Shown here in pieces: positions 27,133 to 36,103 of a stretch of DNA of 53,279 nucleotides; the stretch's first letter is position 1; each line of letters starts with the position of its first letter. Where the stretch lies: the NCBI GenBank assembly GCA_964449245.1, contig CAYUXY010000005.1:1-53279 (forward strand). Reading direction: 5' to 3'. Under the pieces are notes generated by a model, which was not told where the DNA came from, did not search any database, and saw only the letters and a program-made list of their open reading frames with translations. The DNA is from an uncultured Candidatus Saccharibacteria bacterium. Its GTDB lineage: Bacteria > Patescibacteriota > Minisyncoccia > UBA6257 > GWB1-50-10. Made by a program: the position numbers and the translations under genes.

Positions 27133-28599
27133 CTATATAAGCGGTTCAAGATTTGCATCAGAAGCCGTCGTATCGTATGTCGCGCTCTTACCGCCTATAA
27201 TCGCTTTCTCTTGCGCACTTCTAATAATCGAGGATTCTTCCTCTTCGATAAGTTTTTTGGCAGCATCAGCCGGGATGCTGTATTTATTTCTTGACGCTTC
27301 TATTATCCTGTCTCTGAAAGACGGGTGACTCGGAGGCAATATACGTAATGTCTCGGCAGAAAACGGATCGTATGTTTCACCATCTATAGTCATTTTGATA
27401 TAGATCTGTCCCATACCAAGATTAATCATATCTTTCACATCAAATATCGGAGCCATTTCAGGTTTTAATTTGACGGCATCTTCTCCGCCAACGCGGAAGA
27501 TAACTATTGTTCCCGTATTACCAAGTACTGCCGCCTGCACTTTTGGAAGCAATTGTCCTACGTATTGATGCGCCATCGTAAGACAAATGCCGTATTTTCT
27601 GGCTTCGGAAAGCAGGTTTTCAAATGTATCGGTGACAAGATTTTGAAACTCATCTACATATAGATAAAAATCGTGTCTCTCTGATGGCGACAACGATGCC
27701 CTCTCCATACCGGCTTGTTTGATTTTTGTAACGAACATCGATCCGAAAAAGCTCGAATTTTCTTCTCCAATTTTTCCTTTAGACAGATTGATGAGTATAA
27801 TTTTTTTCGTCTGCATAAGTTTTGCCAAATCAACTCTATTTTCTTTTTGTCCAAAGATATTGCGCAACATCGGATTGGAAAGAAATTGTCCAAGTTTATT
27901 TACGAGAGGAATGATTGCCTCCGTATCAAATTTCTCGGACCAATCCGCAAATTCAATTGCCCAGAATCTTTTTACCATATCGTCCTCGATATATTCGACA
28001 ACTTTTTGCCTGTAATTACGGTCAGTTAAAATCATAATCATTCCGCGCATCGTAGCATGCGGATAATCAAGTAAGGCGAGGCAGGTAAATCGAAATACGT
28101 GCTCAAGCCTCGGAGTCCAGTTAGCGCCGAATTGTTTTTCCATAACTTCTATTAACCCCTGCGTAAGCTGATGTTTGAATGTAGGATCAACATTTGCCAA
28201 CGGGTTAAAAGAGACCGGATATAATGAATCAGAAGGATCAATAATGCAAACATCATCAATTCGATTTTCGGGAATAAAAGGAAGAATGTCGTCTATTGTC
28301 TCGCCGTGAGGATCTATTAAACATATTCCGTGTCCATAAGCTATATCCTGACGTATAAGCAATTCAAGAAATTTTGATTTTCCTACGCCACTTTTCCCAA
28401 TGATGTACAAATGACGTCTTCTATCAACGCGCTTTATGCCAAAAATAAAATTTTTCGTCTCAAGCGCGGCAACATAGTTAGTGCGCCCAAAAAAAGAAAC
28501 ATCCTGCGGTTCCACCTGCCCATATATAGGAAGGTCCGGTGGCGGAGGAGCATATTTGATGAGCTGGATGCGATTTTTTCTTTTATCTTCTGTAGCCAT
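27133..28599 (-). CDS. Soluble VirD4/TraG/TraD-like P-loop NTPase (FtsK/HerA superfamily)
   Basis: Walker A IIGKSGVGKSKF, then GICLIDPHGE. Walker B FYLYVDEFQN, then ARKYGICLTMAHQY. There is no N-terminal TM helix. Confidence 0.65.
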   Translation of the reverse strand: MATEDKRKNRIQLIKYAPPPPDLPIYGQVEPQDVSFFGRTNYVAALETKNFIFGIKRVDRRRHLYIIGKSGVGKSKFLELLIRQDIAYGHGICLIDPHGETIDDILPFIPENRIDDVCIIDPSDSLYPVSFNPLANVDPTFKHQLTQGLIEVMEKQFGANWTPRLEHVFRFTCLALLDYPHATMRGMIMILTDRNYRQKVVEYIEDDMVKRFWAIEFADWSEKFDTEAIIPLVNKLGQFLSNPMLRNIFGQKENRVDLAKLMQTKKIILINLSKGKIGEENSSFFGSMFVTKIKQAGMERASLSPSERHDFYLYVDEFQNLVTDTFENLLSEARKYGICLTMAHQYVGQLLPKVQAAVLGNTGTIVIFRVGGEDAVKLKPEMAPIFDVKDMINLGMGQIYIKMTIDGETYDPFSAETLRILPPSHPSFRDRIIEASRNKYSIPADAAKKLIEEEESSIIRSAQEKAIIGGKSATYDTTASDANLEPLI

Positions 28600-28602
28600 A
28601 AT

Positions 28603-29115
28603 TTAGAGCGCATCAATTTCTTTAAACAAAGCTTCGTATGCGCGTAAAACGTCCTGCGCTTGTTTGGGAGCAATTTGAAATCCGGAAGCATGTACAAGAT
28701 TGTTTCTTATCCTGTGAGCTTGCCACACGGATTGCGCCGACTTTAATTTCTTTATTTTATTAAGAGCTTCGAATCTTTCGGAAAAATGCTCCCCTGAGAG
28801 TCCCATAACCTGCAATGTGTCATCGAGCAATTTATCTGCGTCAATAATTGCAAGCGTAAGAGAATGCGACGAACCATCTTGAACTTTTTCTATAATTTTC
28901 GACCATTCTTCCTCAACGCTTACGACGCTTCCAGCAGAAATATTAATATTTTTGCGTTTTGGATATTTAAATTGCGGGCGATATTTCCAAGCTGCCGCAA
29001 CAGTAAAAATAAATGCAAACAATAAAATTACATCGAAAATGATAAAAATGATTCCTATGGCGGAAAACGCCGAGCGCCAATCAAACTGGTATAGCATATT
29101 TAGAAATTCGTGCAT
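28603..29115 (-). CDS. TM-anchored protein with a helical domain carrying a HEPN-like Rx4H motif
   Basis: N-terminal TM (AIGIIFIIFDVILLFAFIFTVAAAW). The C-terminal domain reads LAIIDADKLLDDTLQVMGL...VWQAHRIRNNLVH. Confidence 0.4.
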   Translation of the reverse strand: MHEFLNMLYQFDWRSAFSAIGIIFIIFDVILLFAFIFTVAAAWKYRPQFKYPKRKNINISAGSVVSVEEEWSKIIEKVQDGSSHSLTLAIIDADKLLDDTLQVMGLSGEHFSERFEALNKIKKLKSAQSVWQAHRIRNNLVHASGFQIAPKQAQDVLRAYEALFKEIDAL

Positions 29116-29124
29116 GGTAATAAA

Positions 29125-30537
29125 TTATTCTAAAAATTTGCCGATATCCGAATCGGAACCATAAATAGCAAGTCCGGCGGGAGGACCGCCCTTTTTGCTC
29201 TCATTGCGTTTTACGTGAGGAGCGGTAAGAACAAGAATTGTCGGTAAGTGATATACGCTCGCAACGCCCTCAACGGACATTTTGAATCTCTCGGATAAAA
29301 AGTTCCAATTGAATATCTTTGATGTCAAAACTTTTCCCATCCAAGTTTCGGGAGGGACTTCCCTACGCAAAAAATTATATAATAATCGTTGTTTTTTAAA
29401 TTCGTTTCTAATATTAGGAAAAACGTGCGGCCAATACCAAATCTGGGTTCTCGTGCTAACAGGATAATTCTGGCGGAGAGTATTTAAATCAAGCGCTCCG
29501 TATTGCTTAAACGCGCCGACAAGTCCTCTACGCGCAAAACTATCGTAATAAATCTCTTTTGGGGAGATATAAAAAAATCTGATTAGCGTATCGAATGCCG
29601 GTTTAGACAAATTTCGCTCAACGGCTTCCAAAACCGCATACTGCCCCGGGGAACGCATTGTCGGCATTTGTCGCTTATCGCCAGTAGCCTCGGACCCGAC
29701 AATCGTAACTTCCGGCTCTTTTAATTTTTTAAGTTTTCCTTCCCATGGCTTTGCCCAATCATCGCCACTTGGAGCAATCAAAAATTGCATAGCAACGACC
29801 TCTCCCGGTTGTAATTTTCCAAGTACTTCAAGGAAAGAAGAAATCGGGTCGAGCTGTTTCTCCTCCATCATACTTTCAAAAAACGGATAGGTTTTGATTG
29901 GATACATCTCTTCTTTTGATAAAATCATCTCAGTGCCCCAAATATCCTTGCCGGAAGCATATAGCTCCTCCATGCTTTTAGGAAAACCATCTGCATAATC
30001 CGGAACCTCCGAAACTTCAACATCTTGATAATACGAAAAGAATGCGGCCTCAACGAGATTTTTTTGCTTCTTCTGACAGCGAATATAAAAATGTATTTCT
30101 CCGCTAAAGCTGACGAGCTCGAGACTGAACCATACTGTAACTTCTCCGTCTGCATATTTTTCTTGTATGTCCCCCGGAGAATTACGAAGAGAGTGAAGCG
30201 CGGTCAAAACCTGTTCCATAGCCTGCGGGCTTTTTTCTATCTCTCTTGGAATAGTTATTTCAAGCAAGACGAATGAGCGCCCTCTTTTATATTTTTCCTG
30301 TTGCAAAAAAAGCCACGTGCTTTTAAAAATAGAAAAAAGAATCAAAAAAATCCAAAACCACCAGACAGAAAGCAGAAACCGCAGAACGGCAAATACAACT
30401 TCCGTGATGTTGAAATCCGGCATCACCATAACAGCCGCGCTACCTAAACCGATAAAAGCCAATATTAACCAAGCCTCTTCTTTTTTGAAAAGCTCGGTAA
30501 TAATGCTTCCTATTTCATCAAAAAGTTTTCCAAGCAT
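29125..30537 (-). CDS. 470-aa membrane protein of unknown function (two N-terminal TM helices plus a large soluble domain)
   Basis: TM1 is WLILAFIGLGSAAVMV and TM2 is LLSVWWFWIFLILFSIF. The sequence then runs SFVLLEITIPREIEKSPQAMEQVLTALHSL... with no recognisable catalytic motif. Confidence 0.5.
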   Translation of the reverse strand: MLGKLFDEIGSIITELFKKEEAWLILAFIGLGSAAVMVMPDFNITEVVFAVLRFLLSVWWFWIFLILFSIFKSTWLFLQQEKYKRGRSFVLLEITIPREIEKSPQAMEQVLTALHSLRNSPGDIQEKYADGEVTVWFSLELVSFSGEIHFYIRCQKKQKNLVEAAFFSYYQDVEVSEVPDYADGFPKSMEELYASGKDIWGTEMILSKEEMYPIKTYPFFESMMEEKQLDPISSFLEVLGKLQPGEVVAMQFLIAPSGDDWAKPWEGKLKKLKEPEVTIVGSEATGDKRQMPTMRSPGQYAVLEAVERNLSKPAFDTLIRFFYISPKEIYYDSFARRGLVGAFKQYGALDLNTLRQNYPVSTRTQIWYWPHVFPNIRNEFKKQRLLYNFLRREVPPETWMGKVLTSKIFNWNFLSERFKMSVEGVASVYHLPTILVLTAPHVKRNESKKGGPPAGLAIYGSDSDIGKFLE

Positions 30538-30605
30538 AAAAACAAAAAATCAACAACCGGACGATTATATTATCGCGGTTTACTTTAAAAAGTTCAAATT
30601 AAGCG

Positions 30606-31646
30606 CTATGCCTCTTTTATGTGGTACGAACCGTCTTCCAATCTCTTAAAATACTTACGGTTTTGGAGATTAAGCAATATAGTGTTTTCCTTAAGAAATC
30701 TTTGCTGATTTACAAGTCTTACAACATCAACCGACGAGAGTGGACCTTCTTTTTGTAACAATTTCGAAATCACTTCACGTACCGTACCAGGCTCGTACCC
30801 GCATTCTCTTAACGCATAGACCCCCCTTCCTACAAGAACAAAACGCCGATCTTTTATGAGTTCATTATGAACAGTCTGCACATGAGCCGGTTTTTTATCT
30901 ATTCCAAGAAGATGGATGTGCGATGCTATTTCTTCAAAATGTAACGGTTTTTCTTTTTTCTTCAACACAAGATACGCTTTATCACGGATAGTTTTTGGCT
31001 GTATTTCGGGCCAGTCTTTCAAACCAAAATCTCCAAATACATTTACTGCAAAAAACTTCGGAATGGAAAGATAATGCCAATAGCTCCTATCGGGACATAA
31101 AGCTGTATATTCTTTTTCTGTCAGCGCTCTGTTTTCGTTTTTGTTTTTTAACGATTTTTTTATTTCTTTTACAAAATCAAAAAAGATCTTTTCAGCCTTT
31201 TTATCGATAAACCAAAATGCGCGATAATCATCGTCTTCTTTATAATAGGCTGGTATTCCTGCGGCAAGAAATAAAAATCTTAACTTTTCTGCGAAAAATT
31301 TAGACGGAGCAAACCCTGATTTTTTATTTATTTCATCGAGAAACAAAATATCCTCTCGAATTCCACTCGTGGAGTTTAAGTGATCTTCTGCGAGCTTAAT
31401 GAGATTGGAATGTTTATGGCTTACAATATCCGTTAATTTTTTGAGAGACTGCTGTTCTATCTGACGCACTCTTTCGCGAGTAACTCCCAATTCGTTTCCT
31501 ATTTGTTGCAAAGTTTTCTTTGTGTTCCCATCTAAACCGAAACGGGCGCATACAACACGCCACTGCTTCGAGTTAAACTCTTTCATTAATTCATTGATAA
31601 TACTGTCTAAATTTTTTTTCTTCTTCTTTAAAGAATCGTTTTTCAT
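30606..31646 (-). CDS. Sigma-70 region-4 HTH protein fused to HARE-HTH-like winged-helix domain(s); no sigma region 2
   Basis: KTLQQIGNELGVTRERVRQIEQQSLKKL is a sigma region 4.2-type HTH. The C-terminal IASHIHLLG...VHNELIKDRRFVLVGRGVYALRECGY resembles the HARE-HTH of the RNAP delta subunit. Confidence 0.55.
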   Translation of the reverse strand: MKNDSLKKKKKNLDSIINELMKEFNSKQWRVVCARFGLDGNTKKTLQQIGNELGVTRERVRQIEQQSLKKLTDIVSHKHSNLIKLAEDHLNSTSGIREDILFLDEINKKSGFAPSKFFAEKLRFLFLAAGIPAYYKEDDDYRAFWFIDKKAEKIFFDFVKEIKKSLKNKNENRALTEKEYTALCPDRSYWHYLSIPKFFAVNVFGDFGLKDWPEIQPKTIRDKAYLVLKKKEKPLHFEEIASHIHLLGIDKKPAHVQTVHNELIKDRRFVLVGRGVYALRECGYEPGTVREVISKLLQKEGPLSSVDVVRLVNQQRFLKENTILLNLQNRKYFKRLEDGSYHIKEA

Positions 31647-31731
31647 AAGACAAGGTCTGCAAATTTATTCAATAAAAGATGCAAAATCCTTCGAGGAATT
31701 ATAGCATTTTTCTTTATTAGAGTCAATGATA

Positions 31732-32640
31732 TTACATTTTTGCCTTTTGTCTCCTGTTTACGTCAAGCTGTTGCCACACATACAAAAGCGGGCTCGCAAG
31801 AAAAATGGACGAATATGTGCCGAAAATGGTGCCTATGAGTATAGTCATTATGAAATAGAAGAGAGAACTTGGCCCGAATATCATCATAGCGACAAGAACT
31901 ACTACAAGAGTGAGTGACGTATTGATTGAACGCACCATAGTAGATTTAACGCTTGTATTTATCACTTCCGCCAGAGAAAACGACTTGCCACGCATAAGCA
32001 TAATATTCTCACGAATACGATCAAAAACCACGATTGTATCGTGCACGGAGAACCCCATAATAGTAAGGAGAGCAACTATAAAATTAGTATCTATCTCTAT
32101 GCCTTTTAAATATCCAAGAACAGCCAAAACTCCGGCGGGAATCAAAACGTCGTGCAATAACGTAACAAGAGTAACAACGCCATATTTCCACGAACGAATT
32201 GGCTGGGACACCTTCCTAAACGCCCATGCGACATACAAAGAAATACCCAATAAAACTCCGATTATTGCAAAAATTGATTTTTTTCTAAGCTCGGATCCAA
32301 TTGCCGGACCAATGCTGGAAAATTTTTGTTCTTCTATCGCGCCGAATTTTTTCGTGAGCTCAACTAAATACGTCTGATGCGTCTCTTCGTTAGTATCGGG
32401 GAGACGGATCAAGAAACCTTCACCCGAACGCACAACCATTACATCGTGTCCGCTTATCTCTTTCAACGCAGAAGATAAATCCTGTTCATTGGAAATACTT
32501 TTTGACGATATTTCCCACTGAGCACCGCCAACAAGATCAATTCCGGCGTTAAAACCGAATACAAAAATAGATATAACACTCAAAACAACTATTAGTCCGG
32601 AAAAGCCGAGAAACCACTTTCTTTTTGAAATAATATCCAT
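31732..32640 (-). CDS. secF: Protein translocase subunit SecF
   Basis: GIDLVGG, six TM helices and HDTIVVFDRIREN. Confidence 0.9.
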   Translation of the reverse strand: MDIISKRKWFLGFSGLIVVLSVISIFVFGFNAGIDLVGGAQWEISSKSISNEQDLSSALKEISGHDVMVVRSGEGFLIRLPDTNEETHQTYLVELTKKFGAIEEQKFSSIGPAIGSELRKKSIFAIIGVLLGISLYVAWAFRKVSQPIRSWKYGVVTLVTLLHDVLIPAGVLAVLGYLKGIEIDTNFIVALLTIMGFSVHDTIVVFDRIRENIMLMRGKSFSLAEVINTSVKSTMVRSINTSLTLVVVLVAMMIFGPSSLFYFIMTILIGTIFGTYSSIFLASPLLYVWQQLDVNRRQKAKM

Positions 32641-32643
32641 AAA

Positions 32644-33918
32644 TTATGAAACATTTTTTACGTTCGAATCCGACTGCTGAACTTTTGTATCCTTAATGAA
32701 AATTCGGAGTAATCCTCTCGTAACCGTAATCGCCGAAAGCATACTCATAAGCACGCCAATGAAAAGCGTGAGAGCAAAACCTCGCACAAAGCTTGAGGTA
32801 AAATAATACAGTATCGCCGCAGTTATCATAGTACTGACATTGGAATCGCGGATTGACATCCACGCGCGACGGAAACCTTCTTCTATTGCTCTTGTTCTGC
32901 TTAATCCCCTCAACAGTTCTTCTTTCGTGCGTTCAAAAACGAGAATATTTGCATCGACTGCCATACCTATAGACAAAATGAATCCCGCGATTCCGGCAAG
33001 GGTCATCGTTACCGGAACTATTTTGAAAACGCCAAGTGTCAACGCTATATACATGATAAGCGCTATTGATGAATATATCCCGAGAGAGCGGTAATAGATA
33101 AGCATAAAAATAATTACGGCGAGAGTGCCGATGAGTCCGGCAAAAATTGCACGATTCATTGAATCGCCTCCAAACTCCGGACTTATGGTTTGCTGATTCA
33201 CGAGCGTTATAGGAGCAGGAAGCGCTCCGGCATTAAACCGCTCAATCATTGTTTTTGCCTCATCAATGGTAAATTTACCCGTAATCTGCGCTTCGCCTCC
33301 GGATATTCTTCCCTCAACAACCGGAGCCTCAATAAGCTCATTGTCTAAAAATATAGCAAGTGGTTTTCCTATATTTCGTCCCGTTACATCTTCAAAAATT
33401 TTACCTCCATCGGAATTAAAAGTTAGACTTATCTGCGGTCGCCCAAGATCATCAAAAGTCATCTGCGCGCCTTTTATATATCGGCCACTCAATTCTGTAG
33501 GTATAAACTTAACAGTGCTCGTACCTTCAGGAACAACCTCGCGAAAATCTAAATACGGGGTCTCTCCTATCTCGTTTATAGCCTGATTGACATCGCTTAT
33601 CCCAGCAAGTTCGACTATCAAACGTTTTATCCCTCCAGCGTCTTCAAGGTATACCCTTGGCTCGCTTACACCAAACAAATTAACTCTCCTTTCTATTACA
33701 TTTCTAAGCCCTCTTGCTACAGAATCACTTTCTGTGGCTTCTACCTGACTTAAATCTATGTCATATACAAGATAACTTCCCCCAGCCAAATCAAGCCCCA
33801 GACTCCACTGTCTGAAAGAACTGACGGACTTCCAAAAAGGCTCATAAACAAAAAAACCGGCAATTACCGCGAGCACGAATATCGAAATTAAAGTTATTGA
33901 TGTATTCTTTCTTTTCAT
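32644..33918 (-). CDS. secD: Protein translocase subunit SecD
   Basis: LGLDLAGGSYLVY, periplasmic domain, GIAGFILSIGMAVDANILVFERTKEE. Confidence 0.9.
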   Translation of the reverse strand: MKRKNTSITLISIFVLAVIAGFFVYEPFWKSVSSFRQWSLGLDLAGGSYLVYDIDLSQVEATESDSVARGLRNVIERRVNLFGVSEPRVYLEDAGGIKRLIVELAGISDVNQAINEIGETPYLDFREVVPEGTSTVKFIPTELSGRYIKGAQMTFDDLGRPQISLTFNSDGGKIFEDVTGRNIGKPLAIFLDNELIEAPVVEGRISGGEAQITGKFTIDEAKTMIERFNAGALPAPITLVNQQTISPEFGGDSMNRAIFAGLIGTLAVIIFMLIYYRSLGIYSSIALIMYIALTLGVFKIVPVTMTLAGIAGFILSIGMAVDANILVFERTKEELLRGLSRTRAIEEGFRRAWMSIRDSNVSTMITAAILYYFTSSFVRGFALTLFIGVLMSMLSAITVTRGLLRIFIKDTKVQQSDSNVKNVS

Positions 33919-33974
33919 CGATTGGGAGTATACTCCAGAGCGTAAGAAGAATCAACGCCCCGAAGATAAATAAA

Positions 33975-34970
33975 TCACCTTTTTTTGCTGTCTTTTTTTA
34001 TATGATATCTCGTCATCCCAGCCTTGATAATTGTTTCTAAAAATCGGCTAAACGACATTCCAATCGCGCTTGCTTCTTTTGGAATCAGGCTTTCTTCAGT
34101 AAGTCCGGGTATTGTATTAATTTCGAGAACAAACATTTTGCCGTGTTTGTCCATAATAATATCCGTTCTTGAAAAACCGCTCGCTCCTAAAACATTATGA
34201 GCGCTCAGGGCAATGTCGCGTATTTTTTTGATATTCTGTCCGGAAAGATTTTCCGGAGGAGTGACCTCAAAAGAACCGCCATCGTTGTATTTAGCCTTAT
34301 AATCAAAAAATGCGCTGACGCGGGGAATAATTTCGGTAGGAAGAAGCGGAAAAGCGCTTCCGTGCCATCCATGGTCCATTACACCGCACGTAAATTCCCT
34401 GCCGGATATAAATTCTTGTACAAGAACATTGCGATAAAATCCAAGAGTATTAGAAAGAGCGTTATGCAGTTCGTTTTTATCCTTTACTATATATACACCT
34501 ACGCTTGATCCTTGATCATTCGGCTTAACTACTAAAGGATAACCTATATTATGTTCCGCTTTTGTAAGCACGGATGACGAGTCGCGAATCCATTCCTTTT
34601 GAGCAACGAGTAAAGTCGCTGGGACTGTAAGCCCCGCATCACGGAAAAGACGCAAAGAAAGAAATTTATTCATTCCGAGCGCGCTTGCGAGCGAATCCGA
34701 TCCGGTATATGGCATGTTATGCTGTTCGCAAATAGATTGTACGGTTCCATCTTCTCCGTACGTCCCATGCATCGCAATAAAAGAGCAGAGCGCGCTGTCG
34801 CGTATTTCTTTTGGCTCTATTTCCCATATTCCGCTACGATCAACGCGAACAGGAATGGGTTCATAAATTTCTTTATCCAATCCGTCGGCAACTTTTTGTC
34901 CACTTTTAATAGAAACCTCGTATTCGGATGACGGACCACCGGAAATAACGGCGATGCATATCTTATCCAT
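33975..34970 (-). CDS. ddl: D-alanine--D-alanine ligase
   Basis: IAVISGGPSSEYEVS, HGTYGEDGTVQ, and an ATP-grasp region with FVLEINTIPGLTEESL. The start is chosen at the ATG at 34970 (MDKICIAV). Confidence 0.85.
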   Translation of the reverse strand: MDKICIAVISGGPSSEYEVSIKSGQKVADGLDKEIYEPIPVRVDRSGIWEIEPKEIRDSALCSFIAMHGTYGEDGTVQSICEQHNMPYTGSDSLASALGMNKFLSLRLFRDAGLTVPATLLVAQKEWIRDSSSVLTKAEHNIGYPLVVKPNDQGSSVGVYIVKDKNELHNALSNTLGFYRNVLVQEFISGREFTCGVMDHGWHGSAFPLLPTEIIPRVSAFFDYKAKYNDGGSFEVTPPENLSGQNIKKIRDIALSAHNVLGASGFSRTDIIMDKHGKMFVLEINTIPGLTEESLIPKEASAIGMSFSRFLETIIKAGMTRYHIKKDSKKR

Positions 34971-35096
34971 ATTCATTAACATTAACAAAAAAAACAAAAA
35001 AACTCACGTTGAAAAATTAAAACAGTACCACAGATTGTTTACTCAGGATGATTGAAATTCTTATTTCTCAAATTCTCGGAGTGAATTTCTGATCGG

Positions 35097-35169
35097 CGGG
35101 GGCACTAGGGCTTGAACCTAGAGTCGTCTGTTTTGGAGACAGATATGTTACCAGTTACACCATACCCCC
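35097..35169 (-). tRNA. tRNA-Trp (anticodon CCA)
   Basis: GGGGGTA TG GTGT AACTGGTA ACAT A TCTGT CTCCAAA ACAGA CGACT CTAGG TTCAAGC CCTAG TGCCCCC G. Confidence 0.85.
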
Positions 35170-35826
35170 ATATTTTTCTGTTGCAGCCTTTCCAAGCATT
35201 AATAATTGTCTTGCAACATCATTACTATAATATCGAATTGTAATACATCCTTCATACCCCTGTCTTGTCCTTTTTCCCGTATTTTTTTTCAAATGCGGTC
35301 TTATAAATCTCTCTTTTGGAATGTTAGTCGCTTTGGACCAAAAATCAAGTTGCCTATTGATATTATGGTATGCGTGCAAATGAATACATGGAGCAAACTT
35401 ATTTTCATCGACGTCAAAACCGCTCCGAAAAAAATGAAGAAAGGCTCTAACCAGCACCGGATCAGAATTCGTAAACATTAATCCACCTTTTTCACTTTTC
35501 GCGCCCTCACATCGATACAATAATGCGCACAACATCCTATCAATAGTTTTATTCATCAAAACAGAAGCGAATTCATCGCTACCCTCATTAAAATATTTCA
35601 GACGGATTTCGCGCGTATGTTCTTTTTTATTTTCAGCTGAAGTATATTGTCCCAATCTAATTTTTTTTAATAAGATATGTTTAGCTTTTTCAGACAAAAC
35701 CACGTCTCTTAACCACACGGACAATGTTCCTTTTGCAATACCAGTACGTTGACCGATTTCGTTTAATGAAAGTCCTTGTTTCCTCATCCGCACGATTTTT
35801 TCCTTTTCTAAAATCGAATAGGCCAT
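35155..35826 (-). CDS. HTH plus LAGLIDADG-like homing-endonuclease-type protein
   Basis: N-terminal resolvase-like HTH (RKQGLSLNEIGQRTGIAKGTLSVWL). The core LCALLYRCEGAKSEKGGLMFTNSDPVLVRAFLHFFRSGFDV fits the pattern of a LAGLIDADG helix followed by a beta-sheet. The last 15 nt, including the stop, overlap tRNA-Trp. Confidence 0.5.
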   Translation of the reverse strand: MAYSILEKEKIVRMRKQGLSLNEIGQRTGIAKGTLSVWLRDVVLSEKAKHILLKKIRLGQYTSAENKKEHTREIRLKYFNEGSDEFASVLMNKTIDRMLCALLYRCEGAKSEKGGLMFTNSDPVLVRAFLHFFRSGFDVDENKFAPCIHLHAYHNINRQLDFWSKATNIPKERFIRPHLKKNTGKRTRQGYEGCITIRYYSNDVARQLLMLGKAATEKYGGMV

Positions 35827-35862
35827 AGTGGTTATATAAACTATTGTAGCATATCCAATATA

Positions 35863-35883
35863 AAAATCCCCATCAGGGATTTT
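35863..35883 (-). terminator. Weak hairpin after rpmG
   Basis: Stem aaaatccc / gggatttt with loop catca, overlapping the rpmG stop. It is AT-rich, so support is weak. Confidence 0.3.
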
Positions 35884-36053
35884 TATTTCTTAGACTCTTT
35901 GTGCGGGGTATGTTTACGGCATACTGCGCAGTGCTTTTTTATTTCCAACTTGCGCTCTACTGATTTTTTGTTCTTGTGTTTAAAATAATTCACTTTTTTA
36001 CACACCGAACATCGAAGCCGTATTAGATTGTCTGTGAATTTGCCCTGTGCCAT
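35883..36053 (-). CDS. rpmG: 50S ribosomal protein L33
   Basis: Below the ORF-track cutoff. Manual translation gives MAQGKFTDNLIRLRCSVCKKVNYFKHKNKKSVERKLEIKKHCAVCRKHTPHKESKK*, with the two CxxC pairs typical of L33. Confidence 0.85.
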   Translation of the reverse strand: MAQGKFTDNLIRLRCSVCKKVNYFKHKNKKSVERKLEIKKHCAVCRKHTPHKESKK

Positions 36054-36074
36054 ATTTCTTTTATTACGAGTTCA

Positions 36075-36103
36075 AATGTACAACATTAATTCCTTTTCGT
36101 CAA
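36075..36103 (-). promoter_or_regulatory. Putative rpmG promoter
   Basis: On the minus strand: TTGACG (36103-36098), a 17-nt spacer, then TACATT (36080-36075). This is about 20 nt upstream of the rpmG ATG. Confidence 0.4.

Noticed and set aside
27133-30537. Interpretation as an integrated conjugative element or T4SS island
   Set aside because: There is no relaxase, VirB4, channel components, integrase, att repeats or compositional break. The flanking genes are core housekeeping genes. It is kept as a novel-module finding instead.
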